A DNA stretch of 44,121 bases, from positions 1 to 44,121 of the IMG/VR virus record IMGVR_UViG_3300033067_000707; one strand, given 5' to 3'. The position numbers were made by a program, and so were the translations under genes. The stretch is from a virus (taxonomy: Duplodnaviria > Caudoviricetes). The notes below the pieces were generated by a model that was not told the DNA's origin, ran no database searches, and worked only from the letters and a program-made list of their open reading frames with translations. Position 1 is the first letter of the stretch. Each line of letters begins with the position of its first letter. Positions 1-7,972 of the stretch are shown in pieces.

Positions 1-2
1 CC

Positions 3-656
3 TGCGAAGAACTGATGGATATGTGGAAGGAGGTTCGCAAGAAGGCGAAGGCGATCAACTTCGGCTACCTCTATGGTATGTGGTGGAAGAAGTTTAAGAT
101 CTACGCCCGTGACAATTATGGAGTGGACGTGACCGATGAGGAAGCACAGGCCAGTCGTGAAGCCTTCTTCGAGTTGTATTCCAAGTTCCCCGATTGGCAC
201 GAGAAGCAAAGGAGGTTTGCTCAGGTCAACGGCTACGTTAGGTCTCTTAGCGGGCGTAAACGTCGTCTACCTGCCGCGACAGCTGGCCGAGATAGTCCTG
301 AACGCCGAGAAGCACAACGTCAGGCAATCAATAGTCCTGTCCAGTCGTTCGCCAATGAGCTTAACCTTATGGCCGCCCTTCAGATGCGTCGAGAATTCAG
401 CTGGAATTGGTTCCGTATCTGCGGCACCGTTCATGACGCTATCCTTATGTGGGTCCGCAATGATATGATCGAGCATGTCCATGAGAGAGGATTGCAGATC
501 ATGTCTGGACCTGAGTTGTTGACAGACTTCGAAATCGACCTTAGTGTTCCTATTGAAGCTGACGCGAAGGTTGGTCCCTGGGGACTTGGAAAGGATCTAG
601 ACAAATGGCTCGCAGCACAAAACGACAATCAGCCGAAAAAGAAAAGCGCAGCGTGA
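3..656 (+). CDS. DNA polymerase family A, C-terminal part (5' truncated by window)
   Basis: Motif B RKKAKAINFGYLYG, QAINSPVQS, and motif C TVHDAI; frame is open from the window edge. Confidence 0.95.
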   Translation, partial: CEELMDMWKEVRKKAKAINFGYLYGMWWKKFKIYARDNYGVDVTDEEAQASREAFFELYSKFPDWHEKQRRFAQVNGYVRSLSGRKRRLPAATAGRDSPERREAQRQAINSPVQSFANELNLMAALQMRREFSWNWFRICGTVHDAILMWVRNDMIEHVHERGLQIMSGPELLTDFEIDLSVPIEADAKVGPWGLGKDLDKWLAAQNDNQPKKKSAA

Positions 657-1687
657 AGGCCGCGCCGGAACATAACCACAGCAAGGTCTTGACTGACGAC
701 GGGCAGATCAATATCAGCCAATCGAAGATCAAGGCGTGGCGTCAATGCCGCCGGCAGTATCACTGGAAGTTTGTCGAGCTGCTGCAGAAGAAGATGCGTA
801 AGCGTCCCTTCATGTTCGGCGGGATCGTTCACCAGATCTGCGAAGCCGAACTTGAGCGTGAGGATTGGCATGAGATCCTCGACAAGATCGAGCTTGACAA
901 CAAGAAGCTGTTCCGCAAGGAACGGGAGATGTATGGCAACATCATCGAAGATATCCGTGACATCATGACGGACTACTTCGACTATTGGGACGGTCATCCC
1001 TCCGCGTTCAAGCCCTTGAAGCATGACGGCCGCCGGTCCGAGTTTGAGTTCCGTATCGAGCTGGATGATGACCTGTGGTTTACAGGCCGCATCGATACGG
1101 TCGCGAAGGCCAAGGGTATGCGCTGGGTCGTCGAGCATAAGACGTTCAGCCGTATGCCCTCTGAGGATGAGCGTTGGCGGTCGGTTCAGGCGGCGGTGTA
1201 TTTCCGCGCGCTTGAGGAAATGGGCTTCCCTGAAATCGACGGCGTTCTGTGGGACTACATCAGCAGCAAGGCCCCCAACGTCCCGGGTGAATTGACCGCC
1301 ACGGGGAAAATCTCGCAGAAGAAGATTGACAGTGTGCCGTCTAGACTTCAGCGCTGGATCAAGGAAAACGGCCACAGTCGCAAGGACTTCGCCAAGCTGA
1401 TCGAGTCCACCAAGCATAACCTTCCCAATCGCTTTATCCGGCTGTTCAGTCCGGTGAAGCGTCCAGTAGTCGATATGATCTGGGAAGATTTTGTCGATAC
1501 TGCTCGTGAGGTCCAGGAGTTCCATGGCCGGAAGAAGGATATGAATATCGGCCGACACTGCACCTGGTGCGATTATCAGCCCCTCTGCAAAGCGATGATG
1601 ACCGGGGCAGACGTCGACTGGTTGATCGAGCGCGAGTACCAGAAGGAAGACACGAGCCACAAACGCGACAACTCCGAGGAGGATTGA
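653..1687 (+). CDS. Cas4-like/RecB-type PD-(D/E)XK exonuclease with 4-Cys Fe-S motif
   Basis: N-terminal WRQCRRQY, GRIDTV..VVEHKT, Q..Y, C-terminal CTWCDYQPLC; GTG start overlaps polymerase stop (GTGA). Confidence 0.85.
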   Translation: MKAAPEHNHSKVLTDDGQINISQSKIKAWRQCRRQYHWKFVELLQKKMRKRPFMFGGIVHQICEAELEREDWHEILDKIELDNKKLFRKEREMYGNIIEDIRDIMTDYFDYWDGHPSAFKPLKHDGRRSEFEFRIELDDDLWFTGRIDTVAKAKGMRWVVEHKTFSRMPSEDERWRSVQAAVYFRALEEMGFPEIDGVLWDYISSKAPNVPGELTATGKISQKKIDSVPSRLQRWIKENGHSRKDFAKLIESTKHNLPNRFIRLFSPVKRPVVDMIWEDFVDTAREVQEFHGRKKDMNIGRHCTWCDYQPLCKAMMTGADVDWLIEREYQKEDTSHKRDNSEED

Positions 1688-1692
1688 CGTGG

Positions 1693-1721
1693 TTGCACGG
1701 CAGTCAGCGCCGTGATATAAC
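1693..1721 (+). promoter_or_regulatory. sigma70-type promoter
   Basis: TTGCAC-N17-TATAAC in the intergenic gap before the ATPase gene. Confidence 0.65.
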
Positions 1722-1749
1722 GCTGCTCGCTTTCACTGAAAGGACTCAC

Positions 1750-2583
1750 ATGGCAACCGAGGTTCGCAAGAAAGACCGGGAAAGTTCCGGTCGCTATCCC
1801 GGCGCTGAGCCGGTGTCGAAGAAGAAGTACCACACTTCGACTGCGCTCTACGGCCGAAGCGGTACGGGTAAAACAACGCTCTCCGCTACCTGGCCGAAGC
1901 CGATCCTGTATCTCAATATCCGGGACAACGGCACCGACTCAATCTCCGACGTTGAGGACGTGGACGTTAAGGACATTGACTCCGGCGACGAGCTGAAGGA
2001 AGTGATCCTCTGGCTCCACAAACAGTCTGAGCGGGGCAAGCTGGTTTACCGGACTGTGGTACTCGATACAATGTCCCAGCTCCAGGGGATCCTGGTCGAA
2101 GAGCTCGGCGAGAAGAAGGGGCTTGCAAAGACCAAGAAGCGCGCCGGTGACTTCGGTACGCTGACTAAGCAGGACTGGGGGCAGATCGCTGGTGACTTGA
2201 AGTCGGTCATCATGGACATTCGTAACCTGCCGGTCGAGTCGGTGTTCATCTGCCAAGAGCGTATCTTCGGCATGAGCGATGAGGAAGACGACGGCCTCGG
2301 CATGATCGAACCTGAAGTCGGCCCCAAGCTGATGCCCTCCGTCAAGAATGACCTCAACGCCTCCGTCTCCATCATCGGCAACACTTTTATCCGGCTGAAG
2401 TTGACAAAGGAAAAAGTTGGCGGTAAGATCAAAAAATCTGCTGAGAAGCAGTACTGTTTGCGTGTCGGACCCAATCAGGTCTATACGACAAAGATCCGGA
2501 AGCCCAAGGGGATCGAGGCTCCGGATTTCATTGTAGATCCCACCTTCCGTAAGATCAAAGCCATCATGAAAGGTACCGAATAA
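1750..2583 (+). CDS. Sak4-like AAA (AAA_24) ATPase / single-strand annealing protein
   Basis: Walker A LYGRSGTGKT, VVLDTMSQL, QDWG, FICQER; located between exonuclease and SSB; AAGGA RBS before ATG 1750. Confidence 0.8.
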   Translation: MATEVRKKDRESSGRYPGAEPVSKKKYHTSTALYGRSGTGKTTLSATWPKPILYLNIRDNGTDSISDVEDVDVKDIDSGDELKEVILWLHKQSERGKLVYRTVVLDTMSQLQGILVEELGEKKGLAKTKKRAGDFGTLTKQDWGQIAGDLKSVIMDIRNLPVESVFICQERIFGMSDEEDDGLGMIEPEVGPKLMPSVKNDLNASVSIIGNTFIRLKLTKEKVGGKIKKSAEKQYCLRVGPNQVYTTKIRKPKGIEAPDFIVDPTFRKIKAIMKGTE

Positions 2584-3458
2584 TGGCTCGTGCAAAGAAA
2601 TCGAAGAAGACGTCCTCGGTGAAGGTCAACTTCAAGAACGTCGAGTCGCGGCGCACTCCGCCCGAAGGCGATTATATCCTGAAGGTCCTCGAAGCTGAGG
2701 CCGGCACTTCCTCGAGCAGCGGCGGCGACCAGATCGTCTTCACGCTCGAAATCGCCAAGGGCGAATACAAGGGCCAGAAGGTCTGGTTCTACTGCCCGCT
2801 CGCCGAGAACAGCCTGTGGAAGCTTCACGCCTTCCTGACCGCGCTGGGCGTCGATGTCCCCGAAGACGAAACCGAGATCGACCTCGAAGAACTGGTCGAC
2901 CTGGAAGTCGTCGGCGTCCTGACGCATGAAACCTATCAGGGCAAGAAGCGCGCCAAGATGACCGACTTCGACTCGGTCGAGAACTACAAGGGCGACGACT
3001 CCGACGACTCGGATGACGACGATGAAGACGAAAAGCCCGCCAAAAAGGGCAAGTCGAAGAAGTCGAAGTCGGATGATGACGACGAGGACGAAGCCCCCAA
3101 GAAGGGCCGCGGTCGCAAGGCGAAGAAGCCGGCCGACGACGAGGACGAAGATGAGGACGAGGACGAGAAGCCCTCGAAGAAGTCCAAGTCGAAGAAGCCC
3201 GCGAAGGGCAAGTCGAAGTCGGATGACGACGATGAAGATGAAGACGAGGACGACAAGCCCGCCAAGGGCAAGAAGGCCAAGGGCAAGAAGCCGGCCAAGG
3301 TCGACCGCGATGATGTCGAGGAAATGGACGAAGACGAGCTGCAGGAGCTCATCGACGCCCACGACCTGGACGTTGACCTCGACGACTACAAGAAGGTCGC
3401 CAAGAAGCGCGATGCCGTGATCGAGGCGCTCGAGGAAGAAGACCTGCTCGACGATTGA
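2583..3458 (+). CDS. DUF669-like ssDNA-binding protein with long acidic/basic low-complexity tail
   Basis: PPEGDYILKV..GEYKGQKVW..WKLHAFLTALG..HETYQGK pattern, then alternating D/E and K tracts. Confidence 0.75.
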   Translation: MARAKKSKKTSSVKVNFKNVESRRTPPEGDYILKVLEAEAGTSSSSGGDQIVFTLEIAKGEYKGQKVWFYCPLAENSLWKLHAFLTALGVDVPEDETEIDLEELVDLEVVGVLTHETYQGKKRAKMTDFDSVENYKGDDSDDSDDDDEDEKPAKKGKSKKSKSDDDDEDEAPKKGRGRKAKKPADDEDEDEDEDEKPSKKSKSKKPAKGKSKSDDDDEDEDEDDKPAKGKKAKGKKPAKVDRDDVEEMDEDELQELIDAHDLDVDLDDYKKVAKKRDAVIEALEEEDLLDD

Positions 3459-3482
3459 TCGGCTCCTTCGGGTCGGAAGGGG

Positions 3483-3517
3483 AGGGCGGCATCGGCAACG
3501 GTGTCGCCCTTTTTCTT
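3483..3517 (+). terminator. Intrinsic terminator
   Basis: AGGGCGGCATCG-GCAA-CGGTGTCGCCCT followed by TTTTCTT. Confidence 0.8.
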
Positions 3518-3528
3518 AGGAGTGAAAC

Positions 3529-4038
3529 GTGGCCAAGAAGAAAGAGTCCCGCCTTCAAGGCAATATCAAGAAAGCCTTGATTAAGGAGTGCGGGGGTAAG
3601 TGGTGGAAGGTTCACGGGTCAGCCTTCCAGGAAGCCGGTCAACCTGATCTAGATGGAGTGTGCTGTGGGATCTCGTTCAAGTTCGAAGTCAAAGTCCCAC
3701 TGGACGGAGCTCCTTCCGAGCTTCAACTCGAAACGATGGCAGAATGGCGAGACTGCGGATCGGTCGCGTGTATCGTGGAAAGCCCTTCACAAGCGGTCGC
3801 CTTGGTTAAAGCAGCTGTTTCCACACCAGGTTTCCGGCTGCGAGGCCGCCCTCTCTATCGATGGATTTGCGGCGTTCTTCGCGCAACGCACGGGCAAGAC
3901 ATGGGTTACGGGCGCGGTGCTCGAGGCCGAACGGTGTCTAAGTCTCGACGTACTCCTCGTTGGGCCGTTGACCAACTTGGAGTCAACATGGCTAAAGTTT
4001 TTCTCAGAGAAGCTGGTACACTATACGGTGTTCCGTGA
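3529..4038 (+). CDS. VRR-NUC nuclease (recognisable domain ends near 3820)
   Basis: KESRLQ..WWKVHG..AGQPDLDG..FEVK..PSELQ pattern; AGGAG RBS before GTG. Confidence 0.85.
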   Translation: MAKKKESRLQGNIKKALIKECGGKWWKVHGSAFQEAGQPDLDGVCCGISFKFEVKVPLDGAPSELQLETMAEWRDCGSVACIVESPSQAVALVKAAVSTPGFRLRGRPLYRWICGVLRATHGQDMGYGRGARGRTVSKSRRTPRWAVDQLGVNMAKVFLREAGTLYGVP

Positions 4039-5236
4039 CTTCAATGACTACGTAGCCCACAGGAAGAAAGTCGGTGCGCAGTCGATCCCAAACGACCACT
4101 GCGTCCTGCTGCTCAACTACGAAGCTGTCACGCCGCTGCTCAAGAAGCTGCGTAAGGTCAAATGGGACCGAGTGATTTACGATGAGGCTCAGCGACTGAA
4201 GAACCGCAGCAGCCGGTCGTCGCGTGATGCAGGACTGCTCGCTAAGAGCGCTAAGCGCCGCCTCGCGCTGACAGGAACCCCGATGGACCTGGATCCCAAG
4301 GACCTGTGGGCAATCATGCGCTTCGTGGATCCAGGGGCGTTCGGTGACAAGTGGAAGGACTTCGAGGAGGAGTTTCTCGTCAAGCCGAAGATCGACCTGT
4401 CAAAGGCTCGCGGCGTGGTTGAACGCAAGAAGCTGCTGCTCGCTCACCAGATCGCCAAGAAGAAAGCTCCCGTCCGAGACGATATGCTCGAGGAGTTCGT
4501 GGCTCGCATTGCTCCTCACGCCATGCGTATCTCGAAGGAGGACGCCGGTATCGAGCCAGCGATTGTTCACAAGATTAAGTTCGACCTGGATCCACAGGAA
4601 GATGCACTGTATCGCCGCCTCGAGAAAACGATGGTCGTTAAGACGGGTGGCGTTACGATCAAGACGCCGCTGAAGATCACTCAGATCGGTAAGCTGCAGC
4701 AAATCACCGGCGGCTATATCAAGGATGAGCTCGGCGAGCTTCACGAGGTTGGCACCACGAAACGGCGACAGCTTCGCAAGGCTATTCGAGAACACGTCCA
4801 GGATGAGCCCTTTGTGGTCTTCTGCAAGTACGTCTGGGAAGTGCATATGATCGCCGCGATGCTCAAGCGAATGGGCATGGGTCGAGGTGCCAAGCTGTGG
4901 GGTAAGGTCAAGGACCTCAAGAAGGACAAGCGGCGCACAAAGATGCTGCTCGACTTTCAACGAGGCGAGTACGACTGGATGGTATGCCAACAGAAAACTG
5001 GTGGTGTGGGTGTAGACCTGTATCGTGCCCGCAAGTTTTTCGTCTACTCGATGGGCCACTCCTTCATCGACTACGACCAGATGCTAAGCCGAGGCGACTT
5101 CCTGGAACAAAACGAGCAGGCGGAATTTTTTCTGCTAGTGGTACGATCATCTATTGACACTGACATCATAGCTTGTCATAAGAAGAAAAGATCGATCAGC
5201 GAACAGTTCTATGATCGGTTGCAACGCAAGTCATAG
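3653..5236 (+). CDS. SNF2-family helicase (true start uncertain)
   Basis: LFPHQ, QRTGKT, IYDEAQRLKN, LTGTP, TGGVGVDL, Q..SR motifs. Confidence 0.9.
   Translation: MECAVGSRSSSKSKSHWTELLPSFNSKRWQNGETADRSRVSWKALHKRSPWLKQLFPHQVSGCEAALSIDGFAAFFAQRTGKTWVTGAVLEAERCLSLDVLLVGPLTNLESTWLKFFSEKLVHYTVFRDFNDYVAHRKKVGAQSIPNDHCVLLLNYEAVTPLLKKLRKVKWDRVIYDEAQRLKNRSSRSSRDAGLLAKSAKRRLALTGTPMDLDPKDLWAIMRFVDPGAFGDKWKDFEEEFLVKPKIDLSKARGVVERKKLLLAHQIAKKKAPVRDDMLEEFVARIAPHAMRISKEDAGIEPAIVHKIKFDLDPQEDALYRRLEKTMVVKTGGVTIKTPLKITQIGKLQQITGGYIKDELGELHEVGTTKRRQLRKAIREHVQDEPFVVFCKYVWEVHMIAAMLKRMGMGRGAKLWGKVKDLKKDKRRTKMLLDFQRGEYDWMVCQQKTGGVGVDLYRARKFFVYSMGHSFIDYDQMLSRGDFLEQNEQAEFFLLVVRSSIDTDIIACHKKKRSISEQFYDRLQRKS
5154..5182 (+). 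promoter_or_regulatory. Possible sigma70-type promoter within helicase 3' end
   Basis: TTGACA-N17-CATAAG upstream of the 5250 gene. Confidence 0.45.
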
Positions 5237-5249
5237 AAGGGACAGCATC

Positions 5250-5624
5250 ATGGCAAAGAAGGAAAAGGAAGCCAAGGCTTCGAAGAAGGACAAGGCCGAA
5301 ACCAAGGCCGCGGCGCCGGAATTCAAGTACGGGGTTGCTGACCTGGCCGACAAGCTCGGCATCAAGGAAGCCTCCGTCCGCGTTCAGCTGCGCAACAAGG
5401 GCATCGAAAAGGCCGGCAAGAGCTACGGCTGGAACACCAAGGCCGAACTCGAAGAAGTCATCGACGAGCTGAAGGCCGAGAAGCCGGCGAAGCCCACCAA
5501 GAAGTCGAAGGGCGATGACGCCGACAAGAAGTCGCCGAAGAAGGCTGCCAAGGCCGAGAAGGCTGCGAAGCCGGCCAAGAAGGCCAAGAAGTCGCGCGAC
5601 GAAGACGACGAAGACGACGACTGA
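5250..5624 (+). CDS. Lys/Ala-rich HTH DNA-binding protein
   Basis: YGVADLADKLGIKEASVRVQLR HTH-like core, KA-rich flanks and an acidic C-terminus. Confidence 0.65.
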   Translation: MAKKEKEAKASKKDKAETKAAAPEFKYGVADLADKLGIKEASVRVQLRNKGIEKAGKSYGWNTKAELEEVIDELKAEKPAKPTKKSKGDDADKKSPKKAAKAEKAAKPAKKAKKSRDEDDEDDD

Positions 5625-5650
5625 TCGTCTCGCCACTACCAGGCCCCTCG

Positions 5651-5685
5651 AAAAGCCCCTGTTGCCACCGCGCAATGGGGGCTTT
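5651..5685. terminator. Hairpin, possibly a bidirectional terminator
   Basis: AAAAGCCCCTGTTGC-CACCGC-GCAATGGGGGCTTT. Confidence 0.55.
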
Positions 5686-5843
5686 AGAGTGGCAGCGATA
5701 TACGCGCCGCAGGCGATGAGCGCTAGGCGATGCACAGTGCGACACGTCACGCGCTCGCGATGCACCTGAGCGATGATCCAGCGCTTCGCTGGCATGCCAC
5801 GTTTGATCGATAAACGGTGCGCTTTTCGATCATCGGGTGCCCG

Positions 5844-5872
5844 TTGACCATATTGTTAAATGGAAATATGAT
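5844..5872 (+). promoter_or_regulatory. sigma70-type promoter
   Basis: TTGACC-N17-TATGAT. Confidence 0.75.
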
Positions 5873-5899
5873 GGCCAGGCATCGAATGAGGGTTGGGCC

Positions 5900-6295
5900 A
5901 TGAATGATCGAGTACTAAAATTGGAAGAAGAAGCAGAGTTGCTTCGACAACAGCTGGAGGCGGTGACCGGCACAGAGAAGGAACTGGGTGTCCTGATGTC
6001 GCTACGCCACGGGATGACGAAGCGACTTGCCACCATGCTCTTCATCCTGGTCAAGCGATCACCCGCAGTGGTATCGACGCAAGCCTTCCACCTGCTGTTC
6101 TATGGTGGTCGCGAGGATGGTGGCCCAGAACCCAAGATCTTCTCCATCCACATAGGTAGGCTTCGTGGTGTGCTCGAGCGAGTCGAGTGCCCCGGCAAGA
6201 TCGACACTGTGTGGAACGCGGGCTATCGAGCCAGCCCCGAGCTGGTCCGGTGGGTCAAGGAGCTTTACAAGAACCATATCCCACAGGAGGACTGA
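5900..6295 (+). CDS. OmpR/PhoB-type winged-helix protein, CtrA C-terminal-like, no receiver domain
   Basis: LFYGG..PEPKIFSIHIGRLRGVL..IDTVWNAGY resembles the CtrA effector domain; coiled N-terminus. Confidence 0.75.
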   Translation: MNDRVLKLEEEAELLRQQLEAVTGTEKELGVLMSLRHGMTKRLATMLFILVKRSPAVVSTQAFHLLFYGGREDGGPEPKIFSIHIGRLRGVLERVECPGKIDTVWNAGYRASPELVRWVKELYKNHIPQED

Positions 6296-6297
6296 TT

Positions 6298-6720
6298 ATG
6301 GGTGCAGTGCTATTCAAGGTATTCGGCTTCGACGTTACTGGCCGTCTACTCTCCCGCGTGGTCTTGGGCATCGTCGGTGCCGGGATCCTCTTCCTAGCTT
6401 ATAGCAAGATCAATGGCCACTTCGAGTATATCGAGGGGCTCGAGAAAGACAACAAGACGTTACAGTCTGACCTGACCTACGCCCAAGGTCAGCTCGACAT
6501 CGCCATCGAAGTCAACAAGCAGAACCAAGCCACGCAGAAGGCGAAGGATGACATCGATGCCCAGAACCGGGCAACCGCCCAAGCGGAAAAGGCTGCAGCC
6601 ACCGCTCGTGCTCAAACCTACAAGGAGATCCGCAATGCAATCGATCAAGCTCCGCCGTCCGATCCTCGCCCTGTCGCTCCTGTCATCACTGACACTCTTG
6701 ACCGCCTGTGGCGGCAATGA
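6298..6720 (+). CDS. i-spanin (Rz-like)
   Basis: N-terminal TM helix then coiled-coil; 3' end overlapped by a lipoprotein gene. Confidence 0.75.
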   Translation: MGAVLFKVFGFDVTGRLLSRVVLGIVGAGILFLAYSKINGHFEYIEGLEKDNKTLQSDLTYAQGQLDIAIEVNKQNQATQKAKDDIDAQNRATAQAEKAAATARAQTYKEIRNAIDQAPPSDPRPVAPVITDTLDRLWRQ

Positions 6721-6976
6721 GCCCCGGATCCAGACAAAGATCGTCATTCGCGAGAAGATGGTTTTTGCTGAACCCGATCCTGCTCTTCGTTCTTGCATGG
6801 ATCGCCTTGAACGTCGGCCGGTCAACAGCGATGCAGACATCGCCAAGCTGATTGCCGACAGCTTCGAAGTCGGGGATGACTGCCGCTCGAAGCTCAACGC
6901 AACCTGGAAGTCCATCGATGATACGCGCGCCCGGGTAGAGGCGTTCAACCGCGCACAGGAGGCGCAGCAGCCGTGA
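6635..6976 (+). CDS. o-spanin lipoprotein (Rz1-like)
   Basis: Signal peptide with lipobox LLTAC; AGGAG RBS; overlaps i-spanin in the +1 frame. Confidence 0.8.
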   Translation: MQSIKLRRPILALSLLSSLTLLTACGGNEPRIQTKIVIREKMVFAEPDPALRSCMDRLERRPVNSDADIAKLIADSFEVGDDCRSKLNATWKSIDDTRARVEAFNRAQEAQQP

Positions 6977-7617
6977 ACCCTTATGAAGTCCTGGGCGTAG
7001 CGAAGGGCGCAAGCGCTGATACGATCAAGCGAGCATATCGGTCGAGAGCTCGAACCGCTCACCCGGACAGCGGGGGTACTGAGGAAGAAATGATCCGGGT
7101 CTCAGAGGCTTACCATATCCTCTCGGACCCGGATCGCCGCAAGCGTTATGATGCGACGGGGAAGACCAAGCCTTCGCCTTGCACTCCCGAAGCGGTGGAG
7201 GAATATCTCGCCGGCCTGATGGTCATAGTCGTAACGGCAAAGCGGCCCGACGGTACACGCGACGACCCGACGCGCGAGAACATACGTGATAAGCTGCTGC
7301 TCAGCATACGTCAGGCGCGCAATGAGGCGAAGAACAATCGCTTCGAAGTGCAACGCATGATCGAGCGAACGCAACGCCTGCTGGAGCGCTTCAAGCCTCA
7401 GGAGGACTTCGATCCTGTGGGCAATTCATTGCGGCGGGAGAAGGACAAGCTTCAGTCCGAGATGGATCGGATCGATGATCTGATGGAAATGATGGACGAA
7501 GCTACGAAGGTCCTCAAGACTTACAAATATGAAAGGGGCCCCGGACCGGAGGGACAGCACAGTCCGGGACCCACCCTCCGCTTGGCGCGGAACTCGACTA
7601 CTCCTCTTTGGGAGTAG
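6973..7617 (+). CDS. DnaJ (J-domain) protein
   Basis: NPYEVLGV..IKRAYR..HPD..AYHILSDPDRRKRYD. Confidence 0.9.
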   Translation: MNPYEVLGVAKGASADTIKRAYRSRARTAHPDSGGTEEEMIRVSEAYHILSDPDRRKRYDATGKTKPSPCTPEAVEEYLAGLMVIVVTAKRPDGTRDDPTRENIRDKLLLSIRQARNEAKNNRFEVQRMIERTQRLLERFKPQEDFDPVGNSLRREKDKLQSEMDRIDDLMEMMDEATKVLKTYKYERGPGPEGQHSPGPTLRLARNSTTPLWE

Positions 7618-7972
7618 AGTCATCACCCTGAGCGTTAAGGTCGATGCTACCCAATTTGGTATCGACCTTCGCCTGGGTCTTGCCAATGGGACCACCAATG
7701 GTCAAGGCAACAATAACCATCAGCATCCCACAGAAGGCGCCGATGAGCGCCCACCCCAAAAGCTCAAGCTGTTGACTACGGAGAGCTTCAGGCCATGAGA
7801 CGTCCTTAATCTCGAACACCAGCCACACAGCGAGCAGGCCGCAGAAGATGCCGGCACCCGACATCAACTTGACCATGAGCGCTCGCTGACCTTCCCGGAA
7901 AGTCGTAGCTGGCGGTCGACTGTTAAAGATCCCGTGGATCCAGCTTTTCAGCTCAGTGAAGAACCACTTCAT
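7598..7972 (-). CDS. Two-TM membrane protein, holin/antiholin candidate
   Basis: Two hydrophobic helices; directly downstream of and overlapping the endolysin. Confidence 0.5.
   Translation of the reverse strand: MKWFFTELKSWIHGIFNSRPPATTFREGQRALMVKLMSGAGIFCGLLAVWLVFEIKDVSWPEALRSQQLELLGWALIGAFCGMLMVIVALTIGGPIGKTQAKVDTKLGSIDLNAQGDDSTPKEE

Noticed and set aside
653-1687. Cas4-like gene as evidence of a CRISPR-Cas system
   Set aside because: No repeat-spacer array or other cas genes seen; solo Cas4-like nucleases are common in phage replication modules
629-3362. Long minus-strand ORFs opposite the exonuclease, ATPase and SSB genes
   Set aside because: Antisense shadows; the hydrophobic and poly-Ser runs simply mirror the D/E/K tracts
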